Below are positions 13,478-26,033 of a stretch of 38,184 bases of DNA, piece after piece. The number at the start of each line of letters is the position of its first letter. Positions within the stretch are counted from its first letter, which is position 1. The stretch comes from Atractiella rhizophila (lineage: Eukaryota): contig MU271280.1 in assembly GCA_021432655.1 (NCBI GenBank), forward strand, positions 70,473 through 108,656. Reading direction: 5' to 3'. The notes under the pieces are model-generated. The model was not told the DNA's origin and did no database searches. It saw nothing but the letters and a program-made list of their open reading frames with translations. The position numbers were made by a program, and so were the translations under genes.

Positions 13478-15742
13478 CTAAGAGTTGACGGGCACTTGAT
13501 TCGCGAGTGGGCTTTTACCAATCCCTTGCTTCCTCTTGCCCAATAACGTCGCATTGTTGATATTGAGTTCGAACGCAGCGCCTCTTCTCCTCCCAGCAGT
13601 ACCACGATCCCTCTGACCAGCTCGTCCATCATACAACTCCCTCTCCGCTTGCTTCCTATCTGCTCCTCCCCATCCAGGATATTCCCTTGCCGCTCTCTGC
13701 TGCTCAGCAACCGATTGCTTCGGTGCCGCGGCGATTCCCTCTCTGATAGCCCGACTCTTCTCCTGTAAACCTCTCGCAACCTCAGCTCCATACTTTCGCT
13801 TCGTTGCCTCAATCTCGTCCTCATCCTCCTCCTCTTCGTCGACTTCGTTCAGTTGGGTGCCGAATCCTGCTCGACCGCCGGCACGACGACGCTTGCCTTC
13901 TTCCTCCATACGATGTACCGCGTAGGTGACATCAAAGGCCTCTTTAAGGGAGGCGAGGCCGGGAGAGCGGAAACCTCCTGCCTGTTCGGCTAGGAGAGGA
14001 GAATCGTGGTGAACACGTTGACGAAGAGCCGGCGGGAGAGCCTTGAGAGCAGATGTATCCGGGGCAGGTGGATCCGGCTGCCTCATCCATGGATGCTCAA
14101 GGAACTGGTCAATATTATAGCGCCGTTCAGGGTTGACATCCAGAAGGTGAGTTATAAGGTCTTTCGCTAATATGCGCCATATCATCAGTGTCAAGATGGC
14201 AGTGTATAAAAAAAGCGCACACGACGAGCTGATGTCATCCCACCATGGGCTAAGGAAAGTGTAGTAACCTCTTGCAACTTTTTCTGTCAGGACGTTGATG
14301 CTCTCGTCGTAAAATGGTCTGCAATGATCTTAGTGGATAGAAAGCAAGGAGAAGAAGACGAACGGGAAACCACAAAGAACTGTGTACAAAACGCAACCCA
14401 ATGCCCACATATCGACACCGGTGCTATATCTCTCATCTTTCACGATTTCCGGGGCGGTGTACCCAACAGTTCCGCAAGGCGTTCCTGTCTCCTCGTCCCA
14501 AATGATCTTTGAAAGTCCGAAATCAGCAATCTTGACACGTCCAATCCCTCCACCTCCAACTCCAGGGATGAAGATCCCTTCGTCCATCTTATCTTCATCA
14601 TATGGGCGATGAATAGGGTTTGGATTCGGCACAATGGGTATTGAGGAGAAGAGGAGGTTTTCAGGCTTAATGTCTCGATGTACTACTCCACCGACGTTGT
14701 GGAGGTATTTGATGCCTTCTGCTACCTGTTCACATCATCAGTCATCATCATTTTTAGCTTGAAACGTGAAACGTACCTGGCGCACGACCCATCGTGATAA
14801 ATCTTCACTGAAATATGTGAGCTTGACTATTTGATGAAACAGTTCTCCACCCTCCATGAGCTCAAGCTTGAGAAAATAATGATCCGTAGATTCTGAGAAC
14901 GAATGAAGCTGGATGATCGCAGGATGACTCAGTTGACGCATAATGGCGACTTCTTTGAGTATATTCGCCCGCTGTCAAGAGAAAATGGGAATCAGTGATG
15001 GGTTCTTTTGGGGGCTGGAAGTACTGAAGAAGAAGAAAGCGACCGACCTCGGTTGCTCTGGGTTTCTTTTTGGCTAGCTCCTTGTGAACTCTCTCTTTTT
15101 CTCGCTACAGAGTCCGCACGTCATTACCATGAGAGGTTGACCGAGGTCGGATCGAAAGGCAAGTGACAGAGAGGAGGAAAATAAAAACAAAGTCAGAATT
15201 TGCTACACAATGCGCAAGAAACAAGGGAAAACGCTCGATCCCGATCTTTTTCCAAAGAAAGAGGCTCACCTGAACTTGATTCAACTCAAACTTTCGCACG
15301 CACTTCAAAGCCACTTTGATATTCAACTTATCGTCCCAAGCCTTGTAAACGTTAGAGAACGCTCCACTATTGCCATCTTGTCAGCCCATTCCAAGTTTTG
15401 ATGGTGAAATCCTCACTCTCCCATCTTTTCTTCGAGAACGATACCTTCTGGCAACTCCCCGGCATACTTTCTATTCAGATCCCTCTTGGATTGCGACATG
15501 GACGATTCAGGATTGTGGGGTTGAGACTTTGGTTCCTTGATATCTAAAGCTTTGAAATCGTCTACAGGAAGCTCTGCCTGAGATACTGGAATAGATTTCG
15601 GCACGACCTGAGGCTGTTGGGATTCCGGATTAGGTTGAGGAGGAGCTTTGGGCTGGTTTTTGGGGGAACTTGATGCGGAATGGCCGTGTTTTTGATGGTG
15701 GTCCCGATGCACAAAGTTCTTGATGCTTTCGATGACTGTCAT
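13478..15742 (-). CDS. srk1: CAMK-group, MAPK-activated Ser/Thr kinase (Srk1/Rck2 type), multi-exon
   Basis: EKMG/GAFSNVYKA, VALKCVRK, LMEGGELFHQIVKLTYFSEDLSR, HRDIKPENLL, DEGIFIPGVGGGGIGRVKIADFGLSK, TPCGTVGYTAPE, LKEAFDVTYAVHRMEEE. Confidence 0.92.
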
Positions 15743-15947
15743 AACAGGGACGAAAGGAGGTTACCGTTGTCAGGAAAAATGAAGGATTCTTATGGTGGGG
15801 GAGGGGAAACCATTTTCGTCAGTCCTAGGTAATTATTGCCTGAACTCATTGACATCATCGACCCAGGGCGAGACCAGGGCAAGCACAAGCATCGCTACTT
15901 TGGGATCTGCTTTGGGATTGGATCTGGCCAAGACTTTCGACGTTGTT

Positions 15948-15955
15948 TGACGTCA
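15948..15955. promoter_or_regulatory. CRE/ATF palindrome TGACGTCA upstream of the Srk1/Rck2 kinase
   Basis: Perfect 8-mer ~206 bp upstream of the ATG at 15742. Confidence 0.5.
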
Positions 15956-16427
15956 CCTGCACGTGCCTGTGGAAGATCCGCGCCCGCTCCCGCCGAGGAT
16001 ACTCATAGCAGTGTTCTTCTCCTTAGAGGGAAATGTTCTTGAGAGGGCAGACGACTGCTGATAGGAGAAGAGCGCAAAAAGTCACGGTGAAGGTGTTACA
16101 TCATGATCTGACCGATAATTGTCTCCCATCAACTGTTCGATAAATCAAACAGCAAGCCACAGCAAGCACGACAGGCTTAGACGTGTACCAGGTGAATCAA
16201 AGTGGATCCACAAACGTCATGGCCATTGAGGTGTACTAAATTCGGCGGTTGAGGATGTGCTGAGATGGACAGCGGGCTACGTCATGGTAACGGGGAAGGT
16301 TGTGCACAATGTAGAAGTGGTGAATCAGATAAAGGTCGGAAGGGATTTCTCAAATCATGCGTAAGGACAATGGTGATAAACAGAACGTCATGACCAACAA
16401 GTGAAGCATAAAGGCTGGTCGAACAAA

Positions 16428-17237
16428 TCAATCGTCGTGGACCTGGGCATTCATGAGCCCTGAATTCCATTCAACAACAGTATCACTCACAGCTGTCCTC
16501 AATTCATCCGTCCACTCCGTCAAGGTCTTGAAAAAACAGTCCTCCCTTTCTTCCACCGCCACATCTGGACTCCAAATGACCAGGTGATCGACCAGATCGA
16601 GGGGATGGATGACGCGCTTTTTTTCGCTCATTATGTCCCCAACCTTTACTATGGGAGGGGAAAGCTCTTTGTTCGATCTAAGAGCAGCGTAGACGTCGGC
16701 TTGGGCGATTGCCGTAGGCTGCAGCGCGATTGGCGGAGCTGGAGGAGCGGTATGCGTTTTCTCCTTCTCATCATCCGAAAGTGAGAAGTTTTTCTTCTTG
16801 CCTTTGCGTGCCTTCTTCTTTGGTTTCTCGGACACAACAACGTCTACTGCAGCTCGCTTCCTCGAGCTTCTCCTCAAACCCGAACCTTCGCCTTCTACAA
16901 GCTGAAGCTCGTCAACTTCCATGCTTACCTCCTGCACGTCGACCTCAACCTCTAAATTCCGTTGACCTCCCTCCTCCCTGATATCCCAGACCTCACATCG
17001 CATGCCTTTAGGCAAGCCATAGCGTTTTCCCACTATTCTCCTCCCTCGAAAAGCACCGACAAAGTCTCCAGAGCCATGTTTATGGACGCGTTCGTCTGGC
17101 GCGGAATAGAGGAAGTATTGGGATATCTGGGGATAATAGGGCAAGTCGTGAGGAATTGACCAAGGGAGAAGATGCGCTGGTGTTGGTGCTGAGGAAGCAG
17201 ACGGATGGGAGTGCGTATATTGGACGGGAATTGTCAT
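16428..17237 (-). CDS. RNASEH2C: Ribonuclease H2 subunit C (non-catalytic, Rnh203-like) with a long basic insertion
   Basis: AHLLPWSIPHD..ISQYF..GAFRGRRIVG..LPKG and LVIWSPD..LTEW..VH motifs. Likely ATG at 17237; probable short 3' intron. Confidence 0.78.
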   Translation of the reverse strand: MTIPVQYTHSHPSASSAPTPAHLLPWSIPHDLPYYPQISQYFLYSAPDERVHKHGSGDFVGAFRGRRIVGKRYGLPKGMRCEVWDIREEGGQRNLEVEVDVQEVSMEVDELQLVEGEGSGLRRSSRKRAAVDVVVSEKPKKKARKGKKKNFSLSDDEKEKTHTAPPAPPIALQPTAIAQADVYAALRSNKELSPPIVKVGDIMSEKKRVIHPLDLVDHLVIWSPDVAVEEREDCFFKTLTEWTDELRTAVSDTVVEWNSGLMNAQVHDD

Positions 17238-17449
17238 GATGTTGACTTCATACGCGATGATGGTTGTTTTGTAGTTCACGCGTTCAGAAATGCGGATCAT
17301 GTGACCAAGGATGCACTTAGTCCACCACTCCGAATAATACTTTCTACCTTATTTGACTATTTGAATAAAATCTTCTGTAAAGTACAGTTCAGTGCACCGT
17401 GCTTCTATGTCAACTAACTATGGGTTACTGATATGTCTTCCAACTGCTC

Positions 17450-20334
17450 CTAACTGGTTTGAGGCCCTTGGAAGCTGTAAAGAGAAGAGGATGAGAGGAT
17501 GAACATGTCCGAATAGATACTCACTTTGAAAGATCTCTTCCCCAGATCCCACGCTTGATCCTATGTGAAAACTCCGTTACGACAGGATCGACAACGAAAG
17601 ATCAGACACACCAATCAACTACCAGCATAGCTCTTGTACGAAACGAAACCTGCTCGCTCAAATAAACCGACCTATTAAATAATAGACGTTAAAAAATCAA
17701 ATTGTTTTCGTAGCCCACAAACCTCCAAAGGTACCTAGCAAATGGATTTGAGGTCAGAGGAAGAAAGGGATGACGCGGAACTCACATTGCTATTAGTCCT
17801 CCAGCAAAGCCTCGCCCTTCATAGTCTAGCGCTGCCGAATTGCCTAGGTATGCTATTACCCAGAGGCATCAATTGGCATATTACCAAGAGTGACGAAACA
17901 GACCAAGTGATCCCAAGTGTTTGTAGACGAAAGGGTCCTTCCAGTCCTTTGTCAATCTAGCATAATAACGCGAAGAAAGCAGCCTACAGAAACCAGATCG
18001 TCTGGGTCTGCCAGTAAGTCCTGTTCTTCCAAGCGTTCCGAACTCCGCGCAATCTTCGAAAGCTTTTTGCCCAAGTACTTCCCCTGTTGACTAGCAACTT
18101 GGGCGGTCTAAAGTAGGCGTTAAAGCCATGAAAGGCGGTAAAGAGGATGCTGACAGCTGGAAGTGTGGTCATTCGATCACTTATCTCTTGAAACAGAGCA
18201 GCCATCTGATCGAGATTCAGAGCTCCGCTATGGTCGGCATCGTATGCATCGAACGTTTCACTGATCCAGGCATATGAGCATGAGGCATAGCAGGAGCGAG
18301 GGCAGCGTGCCGGATTTTCTCGATATGAATTGTCGACGTCGGAAACTTACGCTTCATGATTTTCATAAGTTTTTCGAATTCTTCAAAGTCGATCTTCCCA
18401 TCGTCATCCTTATCGCAAATGCCGACGACCTGCTCACTGCATCAGCAACTTTCTGGCATGGTCGAAGAACGAACCTCCATCAAATAATCGACCAGTCGAG
18501 TCTCCATAGTGGCGCAGTCTCCGATTGCGTACAAAGTGCCCAACGGTGCTCCCCTCACTCGCAGATGGCTATCGACGCTGAAAGCATGGAGGTGTGACTG
18601 GTTCGGCAGTTTATCAGACACTTGCTTAGTGAGAGGATTCATGCCTGGACAATGGTAAGAAACATAAACCGAGGTAAAAGTACGCACTGATGCCAGTTGA
18701 CCAAAGGACAAATCCAGCCGGTATCGTCTTCTCGATTCTTCTCCCACTCCTGTCCTTAATACTGTAGGTCACTGAATTCGGCGTGATAGCTTTCACGCGG
18801 GCATTGAGGATGGTATTGATATGCTCTCGTTCAAAGCGTTTCTAATGGCAACTTCAGTGACAGCTCCTTGTCACGGCTCAATCACCTCTGCATAGCGACT
18901 AATAGCCTCAGAATAGGTATTGAGTAGATGATCGCGGGATTGAATGACATTGATGGATATTCGATCGCGAATGGCGGGGGGGAGGTAACGAGCGCAATCT
19001 TCCTTCACCATATCGCACATTTCCGCCGCAAACTCGACCCCAGTAGGACCCCCTCCACAGACGACAAAGCTCAACAGTCGCTGAAAACCAGTAAACAAAG
19101 ACGTGTCAGGCGTAGAGGATGAAGCCTACATCGCGTTCGTCTTCATCAATATTCGGTAGAGTGGCCATTTCAAGCTGGGAAAGAATTCGCCGTCGAATGT
19201 CAAGTGCGTCTTTGATCGTCTTCAGTTGGAAACAATGTTCGACTCCCGGAACTCCATGCGTTGCGGACACGGCACCGACTGAGGTGATGCATTTATCATA
19301 CTGCCCTAAGGGCATCAGCGAGAAGATTAAGAAGTTGAAATTCAACGCACCGGAACATAAAAATGGGTCAAATCCTTGTCGTGCCCATTCTCACCTCTGA
19401 CCCGAGCGCCGCTTGGTACCTGCCAGCGGATTATTCATCTTCACGTTGTTGGCTGCGAGAAGCATACGACAACTTCTATGAGCCTCTCCTCTGGTAAGAT
19501 ATCAACTGCTCGAGCTTGCAAGTAATGCCCATGTAGTCGAGATATTATTTTCCGTAACGGTTCGACGAGCGAACGCGGTTCCAGTGTTCCTACCGCTGCT
19601 GATGCTGTATCCTCAGTGCAATTCAGTCAAGAGTCCTTGGCCAAATGGTGGTGGGGGAACGGACGTAAAAGTGGGGTGAATAGATTGTACTGTTGACCTT
19701 GACTTCAGAAAATCTTCAAATCGATGGAGAGATGGAAAATCACATCTGACGCGGAAGAAAGAGACGTCAGCTTGATTCAGATGAGAATGAAAACGCAGTA
19801 CTCTCAGGTGCGATGACTGTTACGTTATAGCTTTGAGTATCGAGATGATTTAATGTCGAAACGGCCTATCACCAACGCTCAGCAAGTCATATGAAAGAAA
19901 AGCAAAACTAGAAAGCTCACTCCCCAACCGCCTCCAAGGATAACCAATTTCTCCTTCTTTCGCAATCGCTCATCCTCGTCCAAGTGGACGTCAGCAATGT
20001 AGAGATTTTTGGGTCCGCCTTTTCGCGGATGTAGGCGAACAAGCATAGCGGGGACACGATCGGAGTGTCTTTGCTCTTCCTCAACACCAATTCCACACTC
20101 TACACATCAGGCCACTTACATTTCTTTATAGGTAGAAAAGTCCCAAACTAGTAAGCCAAGGATTCCGACCCCCATAGACGCTGTAAATACTCCTGTAAGG
20201 TAAAAGCTCCATTTCACCACTTTCTTAGCGGTAGGTATGACGGCGAAGCGACGCCGAAGTAGCAGGCGCGACTGAAACTGCTGGAAGAGGCGCGATTGGT
20301 GCGAATTCACTAGATTCCGACGAAATAACACCAT
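17450..20334 (-). CDS. Type II (alternative) mitochondrial NADH dehydrogenase with EF-hands (64-kDa external NDE type), many exons
   Basis: LVILGGGWG, FVVCGGGPTGVEFAAE, LYAIGDCAT, EF-hands CDKDDDGKIDFEEF and YDADHSGALNLD, LPA/QQGKYLG, GRDLS. Arg-rich presequence followed by a TM segment. Confidence 0.9.
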
Positions 20335-20604
20335 TGGCGTTGGCGAGGTGGCGCAGAGTTAGGTAACCAGAGAAATTTTGAAGGTATTTCTGGGTATTTG
20401 GTGGTTTTGAGCTCTGGGCTTCGGCGGACACTGACGGACTTGGTGGGCGGAATATGATGTCACCATCATACCCGCAGCCAATCTGATCAAGCAAGTTTGA
20501 CAAGAAGGCTCGCACAGACATAACCTGCCGAAAGGCCAGCAAAGTCTCGAGGCAATGAGAAAATCTCGACCATCTAACTAATTCACTCAATCACTATCCC
20601 TACT

Positions 20605-23127
20605 ATGCGAGTCGCCACCAGAAGGCTTTTGTACGCAGCTGGCGGAGGGACAGGATTTTATGCTTGGGATCGATATTATGGCCATGAGCGCTTCAGAAGA
20701 ACGGGCAGGGTGTTGTGGTTTGGGTGAGCATCTCTTCTCCTTTAAAGAGAAATTAGATAGACACTTTATGGCTCACCCCTATACCTAGACTCGTCACAAC
20801 TCTCGACTTCAAGCTTAATTTCAAGGCTGACATGAACGCCCGCGACCTCGAAAAGTTGCACGAAAGAGTAGCTGCGCGAATATATAACTTATGTACCTCG
20901 AATGCGTCAGTATCACTCTAATCAATGGACGTTTTGCTGAAAGCACTCTCATTTCAAGCGGCCTTTTCATAAAATTGTAAGTCGCCTCCAACTCGCGTTC
21001 CTGAGCTGCTGTTGATTTTTCATAGGGGTCAAGCAATAGGTGAAATCGTCTGCTTCAAGCTCAAAACCGTATAGTGAGACGTGAAAAAGCTACACAGGCG
21101 TCGGTGCTTCCGAAACCATACCGAATAGCCCTTGCGAACATCTTCGATAATGTCCCATCCATAGCCGACAACGAAGTAGGGAACGTCTTCAGAAAAGAAT
21201 TTGGAGTGGGACCGGAAGAGGCTTTCGAGGTGCTTTCATCGTTATTGAGGATTTTGTCTAAGCTAACTGTCTGACGACCCCTTGCAGATTTTTGACCCAA
21301 CTCCAATTGCTTCCGCTTCCATTGCACAGGTCCACAAAGCCAAACTCAAGGATGAAGACGGTGGGGACTGGGTCGCTGTGAAGGTAGACCAAGTTCCGTT
21401 CTTCGACCAATTTTGAACAGTTCTGCAGGTACAAAAGCCTGCTATCAAGAAGCAACTAGAATTGGACATCCTATCTTACAAGTTTGGTCAATTCTTGGCT
21501 ACCATCAGACAGAACTGATATATTTTAGAGGTTTGATGTGGGCATTTGAATGGTGGTTTGAAATGCCAGCCTATTTCATCGCCGACTGTAAGGAGGTTCC
21601 TCTCCTACTGCTGCCTAGCCCAAACCTCGCGGAGCAGATATGTCAAAACAATTGCGCACGGAAACCAACTTTGTCCAAGAGGCCAAAAATGCAGAACTCA
21701 CTGCTCAGATGTTGGCGTCAGAGAGCACCCTTTCCGGGAGGGTGATAGTTCCGTAAGCATCCAGTGTCTACAAGCATGGAATACAACGGTCTTGCACAGG
21801 AAGGTACATTGGAAGTGGACCCGGGAAACAATCATGACTGCAGAGCAAGTCTACTTGATTCTCGACATCCCAATGCTGACAGGAGACGCAGATGGATTGC
21901 GGACGCTGTACGCATTAACGAACGAGAAAAACTTGAAGAAATGTCATTTTCTCTGGAAGATGTTGTGCAGCCAACTCTTGACGCCTTCGGAGCTTTGATA
22001 TTTCGATATGGCCATTGTCACGCAGATCCGTTCGTATTCCCTATGCTCTTTTTTTGGGTTGACACTCGCTACCAGGCATCCTGGCAATGTACGAGCTCCT
22101 TTGAATCATGGGAGGAGCTGAGAGCGGATAGATCTTGATTCGGCGTCATCCTCAAAACCGTCGGAAACCTCAAATTGTCTGTTGAACTATTTGGTCGCTA
22201 CTTGATCTGACACGAGTTTGCAGGTAATCGTCGACCATGGCTTATACACAGATTTTCCAGAGCCACTTCGGCAGCAGTATGGGTATGCACGTTGTAATGA
22301 CCTACATCAAGTACCGAAATTGGCAATAGGGAGTTCTGGAGGTCACTTTTCACAGGAGATATGAAGTCTGTGGAGGTACGATATACTGCTTTTTGCATGT
22401 TTGAGGAAACTGATCCATTGCTTCAACAGGATATTTCCACCTCTTGGGGGATCGGGAACGCAGATATGTTTGGCGAGTTCGTATTGCACAAGCGATTTTG
22501 TCTGACTTTACAACTTAACAGCGTCCATGACGGTCTTGCGCCCACACAAGCTCAACCACGGGCAGAAGGGAGAGGCTCGATCTGACACTTCACAAGCTAG
22601 TCCCATGGACGCAAAATCTATCCTCAAAAACCTGCTGCAGAAAGAACAGTTGTTTCCTCGGGTGCGCAGCAGTCTGATGTCCTCTTTTGATGTACTCATT
22701 GAAATTTACAGGAATTACTGCTTGTAGGCCGGTATGATACATCCCCGATTTGGAAGGGTCTGACCTCGCGGCTTGAGGTAGGGCAATGCGCCTCTTGCAA
22801 GGGATCAATCAGTCCTTAGGCTCGCCGAGTAACCGCGTTAACATCTTTGCAGAGTGGGCTTTCGCATCTGACATCCAATCCACCACTTCTCTGCGCAAGC
22901 TTGGCATAGGCAGCTACCTCCACCGTCAAACACAACTGTTCACATTCCGTTTGACGAGCCTTTTGTTTGACCTCGCGTTTTGGTTAACACGAATGCGCCA
23001 GCGGTTTTGGATATCAAGCGAGAAGAGGAAGCAAGAAGGGTTCGAGGATATTCTTGAGAGGCGGATGCAAGCAATGGCAAAGACTCAATTTGGCGTTGAG
23101 CTGGATGAGTCTGCGTGGAGCGGTTGA
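20605..23127 (+). CDS. ABC1/UbiB atypical kinase (ADCK1/Mcp2-like), very intron-rich
   Basis: GLFIK/GQAI, LPKPYR..FDNVP, FDPTPIASASIAQVHKA, VAVK/VQKP, GHCHADP/HPGN/ILIR, IVDHGLY. Confidence 0.88.
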
Positions 23128-23336
23128 CACCATCGAACAAGTATTCGCATAGTTAGAACATATTTATCCGCATCGCTGTACATTGTCCATAGACCACATT
23201 CAATCCAAAAATCAGATCACTCTCCTCTAATAAAGCAAAGGGAGTGGGCGGAGGTTGAAGAGTCATCAAATCATTTAGCTTGCAAACAATATACAATTCA
23301 AGGCGAGTGGGTGGCTACAGCTGATGCAACGCAACT

Positions 23337-25548
23337 TTAAAGCTTCGCCTTCGTCTTCTCTGAACGAGCATCTTCTTCCAAGAACTTCTTCGCGACGTTT
23401 TTCCTTTGTATCTTCCCTGTCGCTGTTTTCGGTATCTGCGTTGTGATGAAGATCTTTTCCGGTACCTTGAACTATTGGCCGATGCTCATCAGTTCTAGAG
23501 ACCCCGCAATGGGATGTGATCCTACCTTGCTCAATTTCCCCTTCAGCTCCTTTTTCAGAGCAAACTCATTCAATTTCACTCCCTCTTTCGGAACAACAGT
23601 TGCCCAGACGCGCTCGACATATGTTGGATCAGGGACACCAAACGCAACCGCTTCAGCAACCCACGTTATTGCGAGAAGAGCAGCGTCGACTTCAAGTGGT
23701 CTTTACCAAAGTCAGGGCCGGACATAGGAATGAAAAGGCTGCCTACGAGATTTTTTCCCCACCGCGATTGATGAGCTCCTTAATCCGCCCAGTGAGCACG
23801 ACGTACCCGTCTTCATCCAACTTGCCACGGTCGCCAGTTCTGAAAAATCCGTCTTTGGTAAAGCTTTCTTTGTTAGCCTTCTCGTTGTTGATGTAACCGC
23901 GAGTGACGTTTGCCCCTCGGATGCAGACTTCTCCTTCCTCTACCTGCTCGTCAGAATTGAGAGAGAGTATTCGCACTTCAACTCCTTGTCCAAGTCCGAC
24001 TGTGCCTGGTTTCCGTTTAGCAGGTGGTAAGGGATTCGATGTCATCTGATGGGATGCTTCCGTCATTGCTTCAACAACATAACTATCAGTAATCGAGGCA
24101 AGGAAACAAACCACCAACCGTATGCCTCGAGCACTGGCGCATTAAACTTTTTCTCCAGATCGTGAAAAGTCGTCGGACTTAGCGCACTCGAACAACTGCG
24201 TATAAATCGAATGGACGGGACCGGGTTCGGGATTGGACTGGCCAGAAGAATCTGATGAATTGTTGGCACGGCAGTGTACCAGGTGCAGGAATGTTCTGTG
24301 AACTCCTTCCAGAAAACCGAAGCTGAAAATTTGGGGGGGATGACAATAGATGACTTGACGGAAAGAGGCGCCAGTAAGCCACAAAGGAGCCCATGTACGT
24401 GAAATAGCGGCTGATGCAAACTTGTAAATGATTTGATTCGACACAGCCAGGAATGCCATACCATGACAAGATCTAAACTTGCGTTAACGAGACGAAAATA
24501 TCAGTGACATAGGAGGCTCACAAGTACGATCCCTGTCAGTTAAACTGTATGTGTTGACAATGTTCTTAATGGTTGTGCACAGATTCAAGTGGGAGAGCGG
24601 TACAGCTACATCCTTCATGAGATGGAATTGTGAATCAAGGGCGGACGCACCTTTTGGCCTTCCAGTCGTGCCGGAAGTCTTTGGCATCATCAGTAAACAG
24701 CAAGACTAAAGATGAAAAGGACTCGCTCACGTGAAGAACAAGAGCCACATCATCAGGTTGAGGGTTCTGCAACCTTTGCGAGTTTCCTACCCTGCCAACC
24801 TTCACTTCCAAGCGAAGTTGTCCCAGGTTCGAGTCCCAGGACACCTCAGCAATTGGTATCTGCAGATTCCAGTCACGATTTCGTCAGGTGATGTCACGAT
24901 GTGTTCACCTTGAATTCTTGTGCAGCTTTGACGGCGTCGCTGTTCGCTGCCACTGCCCCCGTCGCCACCAGGAGAAGTTTGCTTTTGCAATCTTCGAGGT
25001 AGAACTTCACCTCTCCAGGAGAGTACGCGGGGTTCAGGGGGGACGATACGGCACTAAGACTCAGATTTAGCGAGAGAATGCGAAAAATTGCAAGGTTCAA
25101 ACGGCGAAATCAGAATTCACGGCGTCATGTCTCAAAAAGCATTTCTTCGTCAGAGGTGAAAGTATGTGTAATGTCTTAGACATTTAAGTGCAGAGGGTCA
25201 ATTTGAAATGCTGGCAAGCGCTCGTGAGCTCATGTTCTCACTCCAGTGAAGCCAAGCTTCGCTGGTGACTGAAAACATAAACTATAACACACATCCCTGG
25301 TCTTCTTAAGGAGGCAGGAGAGCTCACCTTGCAGCGCCGGTTCCCAGAAATCCGACAACAAACTCCACTCCATTAATCACACTCATACTGACCACATCTC
25401 CCCTGCCAATTCCGGCGCTGGCCAAGTCAGAAGCAAACCTTGCGACTGCATTGGATAACGTTTTATGTGATATCGCAGGAAAAGATGTTTGCGTTGGAAT
25501 GAGAGCTGGTAGAGAAGCTTCGGAGAGGATTCCGGTGAGAGTGCTCAT
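23337..25548 (-). CDS. PCS60: Peroxisomal acyl-activating enzyme, oxalate-CoA ligase type (Pcs60/AAE3), PTS1 AKL
   Basis: [93 protein letters not shown]; ends ..KTKAKL*. Confidence 0.93.
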
Positions 25549-26033
25549 GCTGACAGCGCTGAACAGTCGTCCTCAAACGAGAGAGCCTCTTATATGTGAA
25601 TTAGTTATCGCGAATCGAATCTTTGACAATTTCGCGAGTCGGAAAGCGCTGTTTGAAGAATTTGAAAATGCACAAGAATGGCGCATTTCGAAATCTCGAT
25701 GGCGATTCTTGGTTCCGTTGGTCGGGTACACTGTGTGGCACAGTGTGGCAGCAAGGCAGCGTGAGAACTTTCATTCTGGCCCATATGGGGTTGACAGCGG
25801 TTTTAAAATGGTATGCAAACTGAAACTGCATTTTACATGTTATCATGTTATCTGCATCCTTGCGCCGAGCCTGTGCACATATTGAGTTAACGGTCACGTG
25901 AACCCGACTTGTTGTGTTCCTCCCTTTTCATTTCGCTTTCGAGTTGATTCATCCAGCTCTGGCTCTAACAAACACACCATCGAGGGTCCGACTCTTCGCA
26001 CGACATCTAGCGTCATTTACCGCTGCCGGCGCG

